Source of the DNA: Candidatus Poribacteria bacterium
GTDB taxonomy: Bacteria; Poribacteria; WGA-4E; WGA-3G
NCBI GenBank assembly: GCA_965205025.1
Contig: CBDBFU010000004.1
Location: forward strand, 64,001-128,000
Direction: 5' to 3'
DNA length: 64,000 bases
Positions 51,198 to 62,640 of this stretch are shown here, one piece after another. The notes below the pieces were generated by a model that worked only from the letters and a program-made list of their open reading frames with translations, was not told the origin of the DNA and searched no databases. Position numbers and translations under genes: made by a program. Positions within the stretch are counted from its first letter, which is position 1. Each line of letters begins with the position of its first letter.

Positions 51198-51475
51198 ACT
51201 CAGATCCGACAGATTGATTTCTTGACGAATACATCACGCTTACTCGGAGTTACAATGTTTAAACACACCTCAATCACACTGTTTCCTATCTAATAATCCT
51301 TCTCTCTAAACTCTTGATACCACAAACGCTATTCATACCTCCAAAGTAAGATAAAAGATCTAATTATGTTAGAGGTATTGATAATGTGAATGGAGAAAGG
51401 TGTTAATATCTGTTGTTCTGTGATGTTTTCACTTTCACGGAAACCTTCACGGAGCAATTTTACGAACCCTTATTC

Positions 51476-51589
51476 ATGAAGATTAATTTACTAATTCGGT
51501 AACTTTCCTGTAAAGTCCGGTACGGTTAGGAAACCGCACCTACCGGGTTTGGGAAAGTAGAATTACCGAAATATTTACTTAATCCTCAT
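51476..51589. mobile_element. 114-bp MITE family A, copy 2, nested in the core-plus-arm repeat 51431-51636
   Basis: Identical to 18552-18665. Flanked C..C. Confidence 0.85.
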
Positions 51590-51704
51590 CTATAAGGGTT
51601 TATAATTTTAATGATACCTATTCTCCGTGAATCACATTCGTTAATAATATTATAACTTAAGTGTGTATTAAGTGCTTATATGTTTTTCATACGAAGTGTA
51701 TTGT

Positions 51705-51777
51705 GACATAGCACTCCGCTGGAGTGCCAGACTGTTCCGATATTGTTTTCTATAGACATAGTACTCCGCTGGAGTAC
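51705..51777. repeat. Two REP-like hairpin units
   Basis: GACATAGCACTCCGCTGGAGTGC and GACATAGTACTCCGCTGGAGTAC, with compensatory stem changes. Confidence 0.7.
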
Positions 51778-52236
51778 TGTATTCTTGATATTGCAAACTC
51801 CAAAAAATAGACTTATCATTAGATTCTCAGTTGCTCCCTGAAATGGAATTGTCAAAATTATAGTAGTGAAGAATAATCTGTAATTCTCGAAATTCAGACT
51901 GGATGAATTGGAATTGAGATTTCATTGGTGTTAAGTAAAGTTCTTAGCATGAAATTCCCTATCTTGTGTTTGGATTCGCAGATAACACATATTTCACGTA
52001 TTAGATCGGTATCATTTTGACATTATTTCACTTTTAGGCTTTGTATAAAATTGGCATATATTGGTTTTGAGGATACTCTTCAATATCTGACATTTATGAT
52101 TGTTAAAAAAGCATCAAACCAGATATTTAATCCTAATATACCAACTAAAAACATTGTATAAAAACAGACATTTAATCCTAAATACTTAGACGGTAGATCG
52201 TGTTGTTGCATTTCTCTATGCATCGAAAACATGAAA

Positions 52237-52267
52237 AAAGTTACACTTTTCGTTACATGGTGTAACG
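52237..52267 (-). repeat. GTTACAccaTGTAACgaaaagTGTAAC motif; copies near 53697 (+) and 54049 (+, variant)
   Basis: Direct sequence identity between copies. Confidence 0.75.
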
Positions 52268-52519
52268 TTGAAATTGGTGTGATTTACCCCTATAACCCCT
52301 GTCATAGACTGACTTTACACCACTTTGAATTGACTTTATAAGAAATTCGAAAAAATGTGATTTTGTGTTATTGTTGTGCTTCCTGATTTTGAGATTCCCA
52401 ACGGTTAAAAAGGTATGCTTTTTTGACGTATATGAAATTTTGTAATTAGGATCGTTTTTATAAATTGTCATTAGTTCAGCAATTTTCAATATTAAATATG
52501 CATATTGTGCGTCAATGAC

Positions 52520-52542
52520 GGGCGGGGAAACCCCGCCCCTAC
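52520..52542. repeat. REP-like hairpin
   Basis: GGGCGGGG-aaa-CCCCGCCC-CTAC. Related unit near 53783. Confidence 0.65.
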
Positions 52543-52598
52543 GGGTTGAACACCTATCGAAAATCACAAGATTATTATTTAATATTGCTTAGTCATGT

Positions 52599-53054
52599 CT
52601 ATATGTGACTAATAGCACCGATAGAACCGAGATGCTGTGTGATTTGCTCAATAACAATAGGTTCAGGTTTTTGCGGAAGTATTTTTAATGTTTCCTCTAA
52701 ATACTTCATAGCTCGGAATCTTGCTTTCAAATCTAATACGCTACACGCCGTGTTTTTAAACCGAAATGTTTTTACCATTTTCGTACTCACATTTACCATA
52801 AACAAGGATAAGTTCACTGCATTATTCACAGGTGTTTTTTTTACATTCATAAAATCTTCCAACCCCAACACTGTAATGAGATGTAGACCATTTTGTTTTA
52901 CCATTTGTAAAGCATAATTGTGTCCGAAAAAACCATCAAGAACAAAATAACGGACTTTGATACGATTGTTCATCTGTTGGAGAAATGACTTGACCAGTGT
53001 TTGAAGTTGTTTCAAAGTATTGCTGTACATAACATCCTTCCCCCACAAGATCAT
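52599..53054 (-). pseudogene. Internally deleted DDE transposase remnant (IS701/IS4-like)
   Basis: YFVLDGFFG joined directly to the C-terminal GLEDFMN segment. The middle region expected to carry the catalytic Glu is absent. Confidence 0.6.
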
Positions 53055-54314
53055 AATAAAAATAATGAATTAACACATAGAAAAATTCAACTTAAACACA
53101 ACAACCAAAAAATAACTGAAAAATATTGAAGAAAACCAAACCATAAATCAACTAAAGACATGAAATAATATTAGACTTGACACAGCTATTTTTATTATGT
53201 TACTATATATATCACAGTAAAATCAGGCTGAAATGTATCCACGAAAGTATTGCAACTGTTGTAAAAAAGAAATTAAAATCTCATACCCTTACAAACCTAT
53301 ACCAGAACAGGGTTTAGAACACTTCAAACAAGAACAGAGTATGAAATTTCAAAAAAAATAAAAAAAATTAACATTTTTTTAGGTATTTCTATAAAACCCG
53401 TTCTGGGACTAACTTTAGAGCAGTTTTAAACATTGCAAACTTAAAATTGTGTTGTAAAAATAAAACTATGGTGTATCTCATAAATATGAATCGTTATGCA
53501 CATCAACAGAAAGAAGATAGAGCAAGAAATAGGAACATGAGAAATGACAATCCAAGATTTTCATAAAAATAGCGAATGGCTTCAGGGGTCAGGAAATTCA
53601 GGAAAACCAGAAAATGACACAAAACTCAAAATTCTAAAATTTCAAGAAAATTATCATAAACCCAGTCCACTACAGGGATTAGAGCAATATTACAAAGTTA
53701 CACCATGTAACGAAAAGTGTAACTTTTTCATTTTACTCTCTTTCGTTTTACTAAAGAGTATCACATTAATACAGTTCCTCTTCGTAGGGACGGGGTCTCT
53801 CCGTCCGTATTTTCGATATATTATACATGGCAAGAACAATGAATCCTCCAAATTTATGATTTATGGGATATGTTCCCATATCTTGTCAAAATGGACGGTT
53901 AAGATATTTCACATTCATACGATCCGAAATGGATGGATTAGAAGAATAGAGAAAGACACAAGGTTCATCATTTTGTTAAATTATTGTACCCTTAAAAAAG
54001 TGGCTATAAACATAGTGTAGTACTGACGGGAGAGAGGTTTTACCAATGTCACACCATGTGACAAAAAGTGTAACTTTATTAAACATATAGATAATATAAA
54101 ATTTACTATTGTGAACAACTAAAATACAGAATTTACACAAGAATTACCCTTCGTTTAATATTATACATGGCGAAAAAAGAACCCTATGATTCCGTTATAT
54201 TCATGCCAAAAACTTTACACACCCTACAAGTCTTTTAACTTGCGTAAACCCATCCTAACATGTTATAGTTTAAGACTATACTCAGCATAGAAACATGACA
54301 AAAACGGTGTCTAA

Positions 54315-55373
54315 GTGGAGTTATCATTAGCCAATCCATACCTAACTCATCTACAACCCCCACCAGCACACAGTTATCGATACAAACAGTGGTGTGCAAG
54401 GGGTTATCAACCCAATCTTCATCCCTTATCATCCGACAGTGAAATAGGCACTTTTATCGGACAAATGGGTTGGGTCGGAGCACATGCACACTCACACGAT
54501 TATCTATGGGCATCAGCGGGGAATATGGGTGTGATATTGTCTGAGACAGTAGAGGAAAAATGTCTACTTACCTTTGAACAATCTCCTCGATATGCACTCC
54601 CTGAAGCAATTGTGGTTAAAGGATTAGCAGGAAGACATATCCTTTTGTCCAAATCAGGTTCAAGATTGGATATGATTGGCATAGAACATCCTGCATTAAA
54701 TCTCACCGTTATAGAAGTTGAACCAGATGGAACACATTACCGGATGCGGTTCGGTACACAAACACAAGAACAGTTGAATCATGCCAATTTAGAGGATTCG
54801 ACTATAAAATGTGTCCCAACAAGCGAAATGTTCCACTATCTTCTTGTTTTTGAACAGTTAGAGAATGATGGATTCCAAGCATTAGTCCACTTGCAACCCA
54901 AGTTTTTAAACCTTATTTCCCGTACACAACATGGACACCCAGATAGATTTTACAGTTTTCTGAGAGGATATGAACCCGAAACACCGATTATCTATGACAC
55001 CTGTGGTGGGATAGGATTCGTACAAGAGAGAGTTCCAGGAATACCTGATTTATCGTTTGAAAGTCTAAGGTTATTTGAAAATGGATCTGATCCCATGCGT
55101 TACATATTATATTGGATTGGACATGGAACATTCTCACGCGGGTTAGATCTTTTAGATGCATATAAACATGCCGAATATTTCGAAGCAGTGGCACGAATGG
55201 CTTGGGAGGCAAATCAAGGACAGGTTTCTGCTGAGGCATACAGCGAGGACATAGTTGACTGTATCCTTCGTGAATTCAACGCAAGTCGTAATCAAGACTC
55301 AGTTGAACCCATAACACATATAGACCAAGACCAAGATGAAGAGATACCTCAGAATCTGTATAACTATCCATAA
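54315..55373 (+). CDS. Class II aldolase/adducin family protein (RhaD-like, divergent)
   Basis: WASAGN, PTSEM..Y, EPETPI, WIGHG..GLDLLDAY..EYFE. Start position uncertain. Confidence 0.65.
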   Translation: MELSLANPYLTHLQPPPAHSYRYKQWCARGYQPNLHPLSSDSEIGTFIGQMGWVGAHAHSHDYLWASAGNMGVILSETVEEKCLLTFEQSPRYALPEAIVVKGLAGRHILLSKSGSRLDMIGIEHPALNLTVIEVEPDGTHYRMRFGTQTQEQLNHANLEDSTIKCVPTSEMFHYLLVFEQLENDGFQALVHLQPKFLNLISRTQHGHPDRFYSFLRGYEPETPIIYDTCGGIGFVQERVPGIPDLSFESLRLFENGSDPMRYILYWIGHGTFSRGLDLLDAYKHAEYFEAVARMAWEANQGQVSAEAYSEDIVDCILREFNASRNQDSVEPITHIDQDQDEEIPQNLYNYP

Positions 55374-55449
55374 TAATTGAAGAATGTAATATTTAAATAC
55401 ACAAAATAGTCGTAAGAAACATATTTATATCTGATTTACCGAATATATG

Positions 55450-55564
55450 ATACCATTTCTAATTGAAAATGTCTCTTTTTTGTACCACAAACTTTCAGTT
55501 TGTGACCTGAAAAATGACTACCATAATAACCGCCTAATGAGACAATAATTTATAGAAGTGGTAT
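55450..55564. mobile_element. 115-bp MITE family B, copy 1
   Basis: TIRs ATACCATTTCTA / TAGAAGTGGTAT, internal CACAAACTttcAGTTTGTG hairpin. Near-identical to 60030-60144. Confidence 0.85.
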
Positions 55565-55684
55565 GATATTGGTTATGACAGGAAAAAACACATATCGTTT
55601 AAACATCAAAACCAGAATATCGGTAACAGATTACATAAACAAAAAGATAGGATATACATCTAAGTTTAAAATTGTCTAAGGAGA

Positions 55685-56158
55685 TTGTTAATGCGCGAAA
55701 TAAAACCCTCTCAGATTGAAGAATCACAGGAGCAAGAAACTCCTCAACAACCGAACTTAGAATCATATCTACGCGATAATATTTTTGGTGATGATTTCCG
55801 GGCATATAATGAGAAAATAGAACAATTAACACAGGAACTTGAAGATACGCGAAAGAGTATCTCAGATGTCGAAGCAAGGCTTGTGAGTGAACTCTCAGAG
55901 GTGAAAGAACAACACGGGAATTTACCTGACAATATAGTACAACGGGTTGATACACGCATTGATGAACTAATTAGTCGCAGCGAAAATGATCTTGATAAAT
56001 TATCACAACTTATCAATGAGTTTGCTACTGATTTCCAAGCTCAGATTGAAGAACTTAGAACAGAATCCAAAATGCTTCAAGAGAATAGTCAAGTAGACCG
56101 ATATACGTTTGCTGATGCACTGATTAGAATCGGTACACAACTGAAGAATGAAGAATGA
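55685..56158 (+). CDS. Coiled-coil hypothetical protein
   Basis: LRDNIFG motif followed by heptad-rich helix. ATGA overlap with the next gene. Confidence 0.7.
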   Translation: MLMREIKPSQIEESQEQETPQQPNLESYLRDNIFGDDFRAYNEKIEQLTQELEDTRKSISDVEARLVSELSEVKEQHGNLPDNIVQRVDTRIDELISRSENDLDKLSQLINEFATDFQAQIEELRTESKMLQENSQVDRYTFADALIRIGTQLKNEE

Positions 56159-57276
56159 AAACACAAGTCCTTTACCTCACAGTTGCAATTGTTTTATTAC
56201 AAAGTGGGATTTCACTCATAGCAGCATCCACGACCCCACAAGAAAGCGAGAGTGAAATATCAATAATTGCCGTTGGTGATATCACCATCGGAAGCACCTT
56301 CACCCCTTTGATTGAACGGAGTGGCGCAGGTGTATTTTTTGAAGGAACGGCATCGATAATTCAATCTGCAGATGTAGCCACTGTATCCCTCAATTCCAGT
56401 ATATCAGATAGAGGCGAACCTGATCCAAGTCAAGAGTTTCGATTTCGTGCAGCACCCGGACTTGCACGCGCTTTAGCAAATGCAGGTTTTGATGCTATTT
56501 CCTTAGCAACACCCCATATCATGGATTTCGGTATAGTTGCGCTTGAAGATACGGTAACAAATCTGGATTGGTATAATGTGAAATCCATGGGTGCCGGTAT
56601 TACACCAGAAGCAGCAAACGAACCCGCGTGGATAGAAGTTAACGATAAGAATATCGCATTTTTTGCCTATCTCCGTGGTAATGAATTCAACATGGCGACC
56701 TTAGATCCTGTTGCTTCAGCTGCCTATAGTCAAATGACCCGGGCAGTTAGAAGCGTTGATAATCAGGCTGATCTGGTTATCGTCTGGCTACATTGGGGTA
56801 AAAGTGAAGCTGATGCAGAGACCAGAAAAGCAAGTATTGGTCGACAACGCATCTTTGCACAAGCACTGATTGACGAAGGTGCCGATTTAGTCTTATGTCA
56901 ACAACTTCATTCACTTGGTGGGATAGAAATCTATAACAAAAAACCAATTATTTATAGTTTAGCTGACTTTATCTACGACAACTACTCTTTACAATATGCT
57001 CGGACTGTGATTCCAAAAATTGTCTATGATGATGGAAAACTAAAATTCATTGAATTGATACCAATCTTAGTAGATAAAATGGGAGAATCAATTCCGCAAC
57101 CAAGTCTACTACATGCAAGAGAAATCGTTCCAAAAACAAAAAAGCTAAACTTAGAAGGAACAGCAATAGAAACTTTGAAGGATTATCAGAAACGGTGCGC
57201 TGAACATAATACAGAGGTTATAATTAGAGAAGAACGTGGTTGGATTGAAACTACTAACTTAACAGGTGATAATTAG
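56155..57276 (+). CDS. CapA (PGA_cap) family metallophosphatase-fold protein with degenerate metal site
   Basis: Signal peptide, AVGDI, FRFRA, HIMDFG, LHWG, YSLADF. Confidence 0.85.
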   Translation: MKTQVLYLTVAIVLLQSGISLIAASTTPQESESEISIIAVGDITIGSTFTPLIERSGAGVFFEGTASIIQSADVATVSLNSSISDRGEPDPSQEFRFRAAPGLARALANAGFDAISLATPHIMDFGIVALEDTVTNLDWYNVKSMGAGITPEAANEPAWIEVNDKNIAFFAYLRGNEFNMATLDPVASAAYSQMTRAVRSVDNQADLVIVWLHWGKSEADAETRKASIGRQRIFAQALIDEGADLVLCQQLHSLGGIEIYNKKPIIYSLADFIYDNYSLQYARTVIPKIVYDDGKLKFIELIPILVDKMGESIPQPSLLHAREIVPKTKKLNLEGTAIETLKDYQKRCAEHNTEVIIREERGWIETTNLTGDN

Positions 57277-57457
57277 ACATTTATTTGAAATATTGCTAAA
57301 CTATACACTACGGACATTATCTGTAGGAATCTTTGTTAACGGAGTCTCAGTGCAGAAGTGTATTGGTTAGTCAAATTATTAGGTCTTCATTATACATCCT
57401 AACTCTACCTGAAACCACCGTATCGATACACCTGAAATAATATAGGAGGCGATAACT

Positions 57458-59950
57458 GTGGAAAATGAAAACAAAATAGAACAAGAAGATGCTGAAGATA
57501 TCAAAGAGGTTAAAGTTAAGAAAGACTCTGAAGATATTGAGGAAGCAGAAGAAGAAGAAGAAATAGTAGAATTACCTATTCTACCAGTTGATGATCTGGT
57601 TGTATTCCCTTCAATGCCACCGGTTCCACCTTTTCCACCACATCACGTCGCGCTTTCAGGTAAAACTGTTATGGATGCTGTTGATGATGCAATGCTAAAT
57701 TGTAAACGAGTACTTTGTATCTTCCAAACAACATCTGGTCGAAGTTTAGACACAGATCCCGACGTTGTGAAGGATATGACGATCGATGAATTAAGTCCCA
57801 TTGGTAGTCAGATTAATATCCTACGATCGAAAAAAGATGATGACGATGTTCTCTTTCTCGCTTACGGACGTTCCAGAGTACAGATTGAGGAAATTCTTCA
57901 CACTGAACCATTTCTAAAAGCACGGGTTCGTCTAATTCAAGATGAAGAAACTCCAGAATTATCTAAAGAAATATCCGAGTCATCCGATCAAGATGATATG
58001 GAGATTGAAGCACTTGTCCGCAGCATAGACGAAATGTTCCAACGGATTGTACAACTTTCCTCACGCTATCAAGAGGAACATGGACTGATGACAAAAAATA
58101 TTGATGAACCCGGTCAATTGGCGGATTATGTCGCGGCTGTCTTAGATATAAAACCCCAAGAAAAACAACAGATCCTTGAAGCCATTGATATTCCTGAACG
58201 GTTAAACAAACTCACTGTTATCCTCGCTAAAGAAGTTGACCTCCATGAATTGGAAAGTAAAATTCAATCCAACGCACAGGCTGTTATCAATAAGGGACAA
58301 CGCGAATATTTCCTACGTGAACAACTAAAGGCTATACAGACAGAACTCGGTGAAGCAGATGATATAACAGCTGATATTGATGAGATGCGGGAACAATTAG
58401 AATCCGCTGATCTACCTGAAAAAGCAGAAAAAGCGGCATTAAAAGAACTCAATAGATTGTCAAAGATGCAATCCTTTTCTCCAGAATCAACTGTATCCCG
58501 CAATTATCTTGATTGGCTACTAAACCTGCCATGGTCGGTAAGCACAGAGGATTCTATCGAACTAACGAAGGCTATGGAGATTCTTGACGAAGACCATTAC
58601 AACCTGACAAAGGTAAAAGAAAGAATCGTTGATTATCTGGCAGTACAGTTACTCAAATCCGATATGAAGGGACCTATCTTCTGTTTTGTAGGACCACCAG
58701 GTGTTGGAAAAACCTCTTTGGGTAAATCAATTGCTCGTGCAATCGGAAGAAAATTCGTTCGGCTCTCTTTAGGTGGTATGCATGACGAAGCGGAAATACG
58801 CGGTCATCGTCGAACATATATAGGATCTATGCCGGGACGGATTGTCAAAGGCATACGACAAGCAGAATCTAATAACCCTGTCTTCATGCTGGATGAGATT
58901 GATAAACTCGGTTCAGATTTTCGTGGGGATCCTGCAGCAGCACTCCTTGAAGTACTTGATCCTGAACAGAATAACGCATTTACTGATAACTATTTAGATG
59001 TCCCATTTGATCTATCCAACATCATGTTTATCACAACTGCTAATCAAGTTCATACGATTCCACCTCCCCTACGCGATCGTATGGAAACAATTGATTTGCC
59101 AGGATATACCTCGAATGAGAAAAAACAGATAGCCAAGCAATATCTAATTCCTCGACAACTTACAGCTAATGGAATCACTGAAGAACAATTAGAGATTTCC
59201 GATGACGCTATTGAAAATGTTATTACAAAATACACCCGAGAAGCAGGAGTTCGAAACTTAGAAAGAGAACTCGGTACACTTTGTCGGAAATCCGCACGCA
59301 AAGTCGCTGAAGGAGAAATAGAACTGACTACAATCGAAGATGATGAGATTCCTACCTACCTTGGTCCACCAAAGTTTGAATCCGAGATTGCAGGACGGGA
59401 ACCTGATGTAGGGGTGGCTACAGGACTTTCTGTTACACCTGCCGGTGGAGAAATTCTCTTTGTGGAAGCAACAGCAACACAGAGTCAGACCGGAAAAAGT
59501 GATTTACGTATTACAGGTCAGTTAGGTGACGTAATGCAGGAATCCGCACAAGCTGCTCTCACTTATGTTAAATCACAATCATCTACACTCAAATTTGAGT
59601 CTGATGTTTTGCAGGATGATATACATATCCATGTTCCTGCTGGGGCAATACCAAAAGACGGTCCCTCCGCTGGTATAACAATCGCAACTGCGATCGCCTC
59701 AATAGCAACAAAACGTGGTGTAAATCCCGAAATCGCTATGACCGGTGAAATGACATTAAGAGGTAGAGTTCTTCCTATCGGTGGCATAAAAGAGAAAATA
59801 CTTGCTGCCAAACAGGCTGGTATTAAGACGGTTATTGTACCACAAGGTAATGAGAAAGATTTTGTTGAAATCCCAGAAGACATTCAAGACGGTCTCAACT
59901 TCCATTTTGTTGAACATGTTTCCGAAGTCTTTTCTGAGGTTTTTGTATGA
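57458..59950 (+). CDS. lon: ATP-dependent Lon protease
   Basis: [46 protein letters not shown]. Confidence 0.97.
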   Translation: MENENKIEQEDAEDIKEVKVKKDSEDIEEAEEEEEIVELPILPVDDLVVFPSMPPVPPFPPHHVALSGKTVMDAVDDAMLNCKRVLCIFQTTSGRSLDTDPDVVKDMTIDELSPIGSQINILRSKKDDDDVLFLAYGRSRVQIEEILHTEPFLKARVRLIQDEETPELSKEISESSDQDDMEIEALVRSIDEMFQRIVQLSSRYQEEHGLMTKNIDEPGQLADYVAAVLDIKPQEKQQILEAIDIPERLNKLTVILAKEVDLHELESKIQSNAQAVINKGQREYFLREQLKAIQTELGEADDITADIDEMREQLESADLPEKAEKAALKELNRLSKMQSFSPESTVSRNYLDWLLNLPWSVSTEDSIELTKAMEILDEDHYNLTKVKERIVDYLAVQLLKSDMKGPIFCFVGPPGVGKTSLGKSIARAIGRKFVRLSLGGMHDEAEIRGHRRTYIGSMPGRIVKGIRQAESNNPVFMLDEIDKLGSDFRGDPAAALLEVLDPEQNNAFTDNYLDVPFDLSNIMFITTANQVHTIPPPLRDRMETIDLPGYTSNEKKQIAKQYLIPRQLTANGITEEQLEISDDAIENVITKYTREAGVRNLERELGTLCRKSARKVAEGEIELTTIEDDEIPTYLGPPKFESEIAGREPDVGVATGLSVTPAGGEILFVEATATQSQTGKSDLRITGQLGDVMQESAQAALTYVKSQSSTLKFESDVLQDDIHIHVPAGAIPKDGPSAGITIATAIASIATKRGVNPEIAMTGEMTLRGRVLPIGGIKEKILAAKQAGIKTVIVPQGNEKDFVEIPEDIQDGLNFHFVEHVSEVFSEVFV

Positions 59951-60029
59951 CATTAGTTCAGAATTAAGGTATAATTAGCATCAATAACAACTAAAAGGAC
60001 TTTCATACTGCTTAATGCAATAAGAACTT

Positions 60030-60144
60030 ATACCATTTCTAATTGAAAATGTCTCTTTTTTGTACCACAAACTTTCAGTTTGTGACCTGAAAACTGACTA
60101 CCATAATAACAGCCTAATGAGACAATAATTTATAGAAATAGTAT
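60030..60144. mobile_element. 115-bp MITE family B, copy 2
   Basis: Near-identical to 55450-55564. Flanked T..T. Confidence 0.85.
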
Positions 60145-60320
60145 TACAACTTCTTGACAACATCTTAAAACAAGCACTCAATGCCGAAACACTTGACGAC
60201 ATCAATTTACAAGGTACAGACAATTAATATTCATATTGAATACCAGAGAGATCACATTACGATACTTGCTATGTGATAAAACATCGATACGAATTCCCTT
60301 ATTTGGGAAGGAGAGACGAT

Positions 60321-62582
60321 ATGAAAAGCGTTAGATGGAAAATCACTATACCCCTTCTGATAGTATGTGCAATCACTGCATATACATATATGGCTGCTCC
60401 AACAATTTGTTGGGGACAAGCAAATAGTGAAACCCAACCCGATGACGAAGTAACCGAACGTACACCTCTTTTCCTCAAAGATATCGCACCTATTCTTGAT
60501 AAGCAAGGATGTTCCGCAGGATTATGCCACGGAAAATTTGGCGGACAAGGTGGGTTAAATCTATCTCTTCTCACCCTCAATCCTGAATCGGATCATAAAC
60601 CAATTGTATTCCATAATCGTGGTAGACGGATCAACCTAATTGAACCAGATCAGAGTCTACTATATCTTAAACCCACAGGACAAATTCCACATGCTGGTGG
60701 TATGAGATTTGAACCTGATTCTGATGAAGCAGATACAATTCTTCGTTGGATTTCTGCAGGAGCTCCCTTCTCACCTGATGAACCCCGTTTGGATAAACTT
60801 GAGATGCAACCAAATGAGGCTGTCTTTAATACTGTCGGAGAAACAAAACAGTTAAAAGTCATCGCACATTTTACAGATGGTTCGATAGAAGATGTAACTC
60901 ACCATGCCGTCTTCGAATCTAAGGACGAACCTGTTGCAGCTGTCACAGAAAATGGATTGGTAACGAGCGAACGGTGGGGTGGAACTGCTGTCTTAGCACG
61001 ATACTTAGGTGTGGTCTCGTCTACATTCATTACTGTTCCACGAGAATCAGATGGTGAACCTTATTCTGAATTGCAAAAGAATAACTTCATTGACGATTTT
61101 GTTGCAGCGAAACTTAATAAACTAAACGTCCGTCCCTCTGAACTCTCATCGGATGAAGTATTTATTCGTAGAATTTATTTGGACACAGTTGGAAAATTAC
61201 CTACCACTGAAGAAGTTCGTACATTTCTCAACGACGAAAATCCAGATAAACGATCCGTACTGATTGATACCCTAATGAACACACCTGAATGGGTTGACCT
61301 CCGGACACTGAAAAAGGCAGATATGTTACGGGTGCATCCACGTAGACTTGGAAATGGACAATATGGAGATAGAGCTGCAACCCTATTCCATGAATACATA
61401 AGAGATTCAGTCGCAGAAGATAAACCCTACAACCAATTTGTCCATGAAATCATTACTGCACGAGGGAGTACATATCAGCATGGACCTACAAACTATTATC
61501 GTATTGAACGCCAACCTTCAGGTAGAGCAGAAACCACAGCACAAGTCTTCTTAGGTATACGCCTAAGTTGTGCCAGATGTCATAAACACCCATTTGACGA
61601 ATGGACAACTGATGATTATTGGAACTTTGCTGCATTCACTGGTAAAGTCAATACTCGTGGTGGTGAAATATATCAAGAGCTCGTTGTTTACCACAATCCT
61701 GGTGGACGGGTCATAAATCAATCTGTTCAAGGAAATAGAGGACAGGTAGCTGTACCAACATTCCTCGGAGGAAATACATTACCAGAGGCATATAGACCAG
61801 ATGCTATCAACCATCTCGCGGACTGGATTATTGATGATTCAAATCCATATTTTGCAAAAGCTACGGTTAACCGTCTATGGAGCTACTATTTTGGTAGAGG
61901 TATCGTTGATCCTGTAGATGATATGCGTGCAACAACACCCGCAAGTGTTGAAGGACTATTAGAAGCGTTAGCAGAGGAATTTATACGAAGTGGATACGAT
62001 ACCAAACATATCATCAAACTAATTCTAAATTCACGCACCTATCAACTGTCAGCAGCACCGAATGAAACAAATGAATTGGATGATAGATTCTTCTCGCGTT
62101 TCATGCCAAGACCTCTCATGGCACAAGTTTTACTGGATGTGCTAAACGATGTTACTGGGACATCACAGAAATTTGGACGGTATCCTGACGGCACGCGAGC
62201 AATTGAAGTACCACTACCCGTCAGTTCACGTTTCCTTAATCTTTTTGGACGTTCTGACAGGGAATTCTTAGGCAACTTAGATCCATTACTTGAACCGACA
62301 CTGACACAGGCATTACATATCATAAACTCTCAAAATATGAATGAGAAGTTGAATGCACGGAAAGGTACAATCACACAACTTCTTAAACCGAAGACGGGAG
62401 AAAAGTTGCCACCAAAAGATCTCGTTAACGAATTGTATCTAATGACACTAAGTCGTTACCCGAGTGAAGTGGAACTTGATACAGCATTAACACATCTTAC
62501 TGAAGAATCAACAAGGCGAGATGATACTGAAGACCTGCTTTGGGCATTAATATCTTCTCGATCTTTCCTCTTCAATAGATAA
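60321..62582 (+). CDS. Secreted DUF1549/DUF1553 (planctomycete cytochrome c-associated) protein with Ig-like domain
   Basis: ATG 60321 after AAGGAG, signal peptide, CSAGLCHG, FIRRIYLD, CARCHKHP, NRLW..FGRGIV, DLLWAL. Confidence 0.85.
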   Translation: MKSVRWKITIPLLIVCAITAYTYMAAPTICWGQANSETQPDDEVTERTPLFLKDIAPILDKQGCSAGLCHGKFGGQGGLNLSLLTLNPESDHKPIVFHNRGRRINLIEPDQSLLYLKPTGQIPHAGGMRFEPDSDEADTILRWISAGAPFSPDEPRLDKLEMQPNEAVFNTVGETKQLKVIAHFTDGSIEDVTHHAVFESKDEPVAAVTENGLVTSERWGGTAVLARYLGVVSSTFITVPRESDGEPYSELQKNNFIDDFVAAKLNKLNVRPSELSSDEVFIRRIYLDTVGKLPTTEEVRTFLNDENPDKRSVLIDTLMNTPEWVDLRTLKKADMLRVHPRRLGNGQYGDRAATLFHEYIRDSVAEDKPYNQFVHEIITARGSTYQHGPTNYYRIERQPSGRAETTAQVFLGIRLSCARCHKHPFDEWTTDDYWNFAAFTGKVNTRGGEIYQELVVYHNPGGRVINQSVQGNRGQVAVPTFLGGNTLPEAYRPDAINHLADWIIDDSNPYFAKATVNRLWSYYFGRGIVDPVDDMRATTPASVEGLLEALAEEFIRSGYDTKHIIKLILNSRTYQLSAAPNETNELDDRFFSRFMPRPLMAQVLLDVLNDVTGTSQKFGRYPDGTRAIEVPLPVSSRFLNLFGRSDREFLGNLDPLLEPTLTQALHIINSQNMNEKLNARKGTITQLLKPKTGEKLPPKDLVNELYLMTLSRYPSEVELDTALTHLTEESTRRDDTEDLLWALISSRSFLFNR

Positions 62583-62601
62583 TTTCCTTACAATACCTAC
62601 C

Positions 62602-62640
62602 AAATAAGGCAGATGGATAAACTCCTATCTGCCTTATTTT
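62602..62640. terminator. Intrinsic terminator between convergent genes
   Basis: AAATAAGGCAGAT..ATCTGCCTTATTTT. Confidence 0.75.

Noticed and set aside
52253-52567. 104-aa minus-strand ORF
   Set aside because: It runs across a REP hairpin and the repeated motif, with no recognisable domain.
53544-54020. 158-aa plus-strand ORF
   Set aside because: It traverses the repeated DNA motif and a REP unit and has no recognisable domain. Probably spurious, though not excluded.
51200-54300. Replication origin
   Set aside because: No cluster of TTATCCACA DnaA boxes was seen and there is no dnaA/dnaN/gidA context.
4813-62323. Numerous 60-140 aa ORFs overlapping long genes in other frames or on the opposite strand
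   Set aside because: Shadow ORFs of well-supported genes with no independent motifs.
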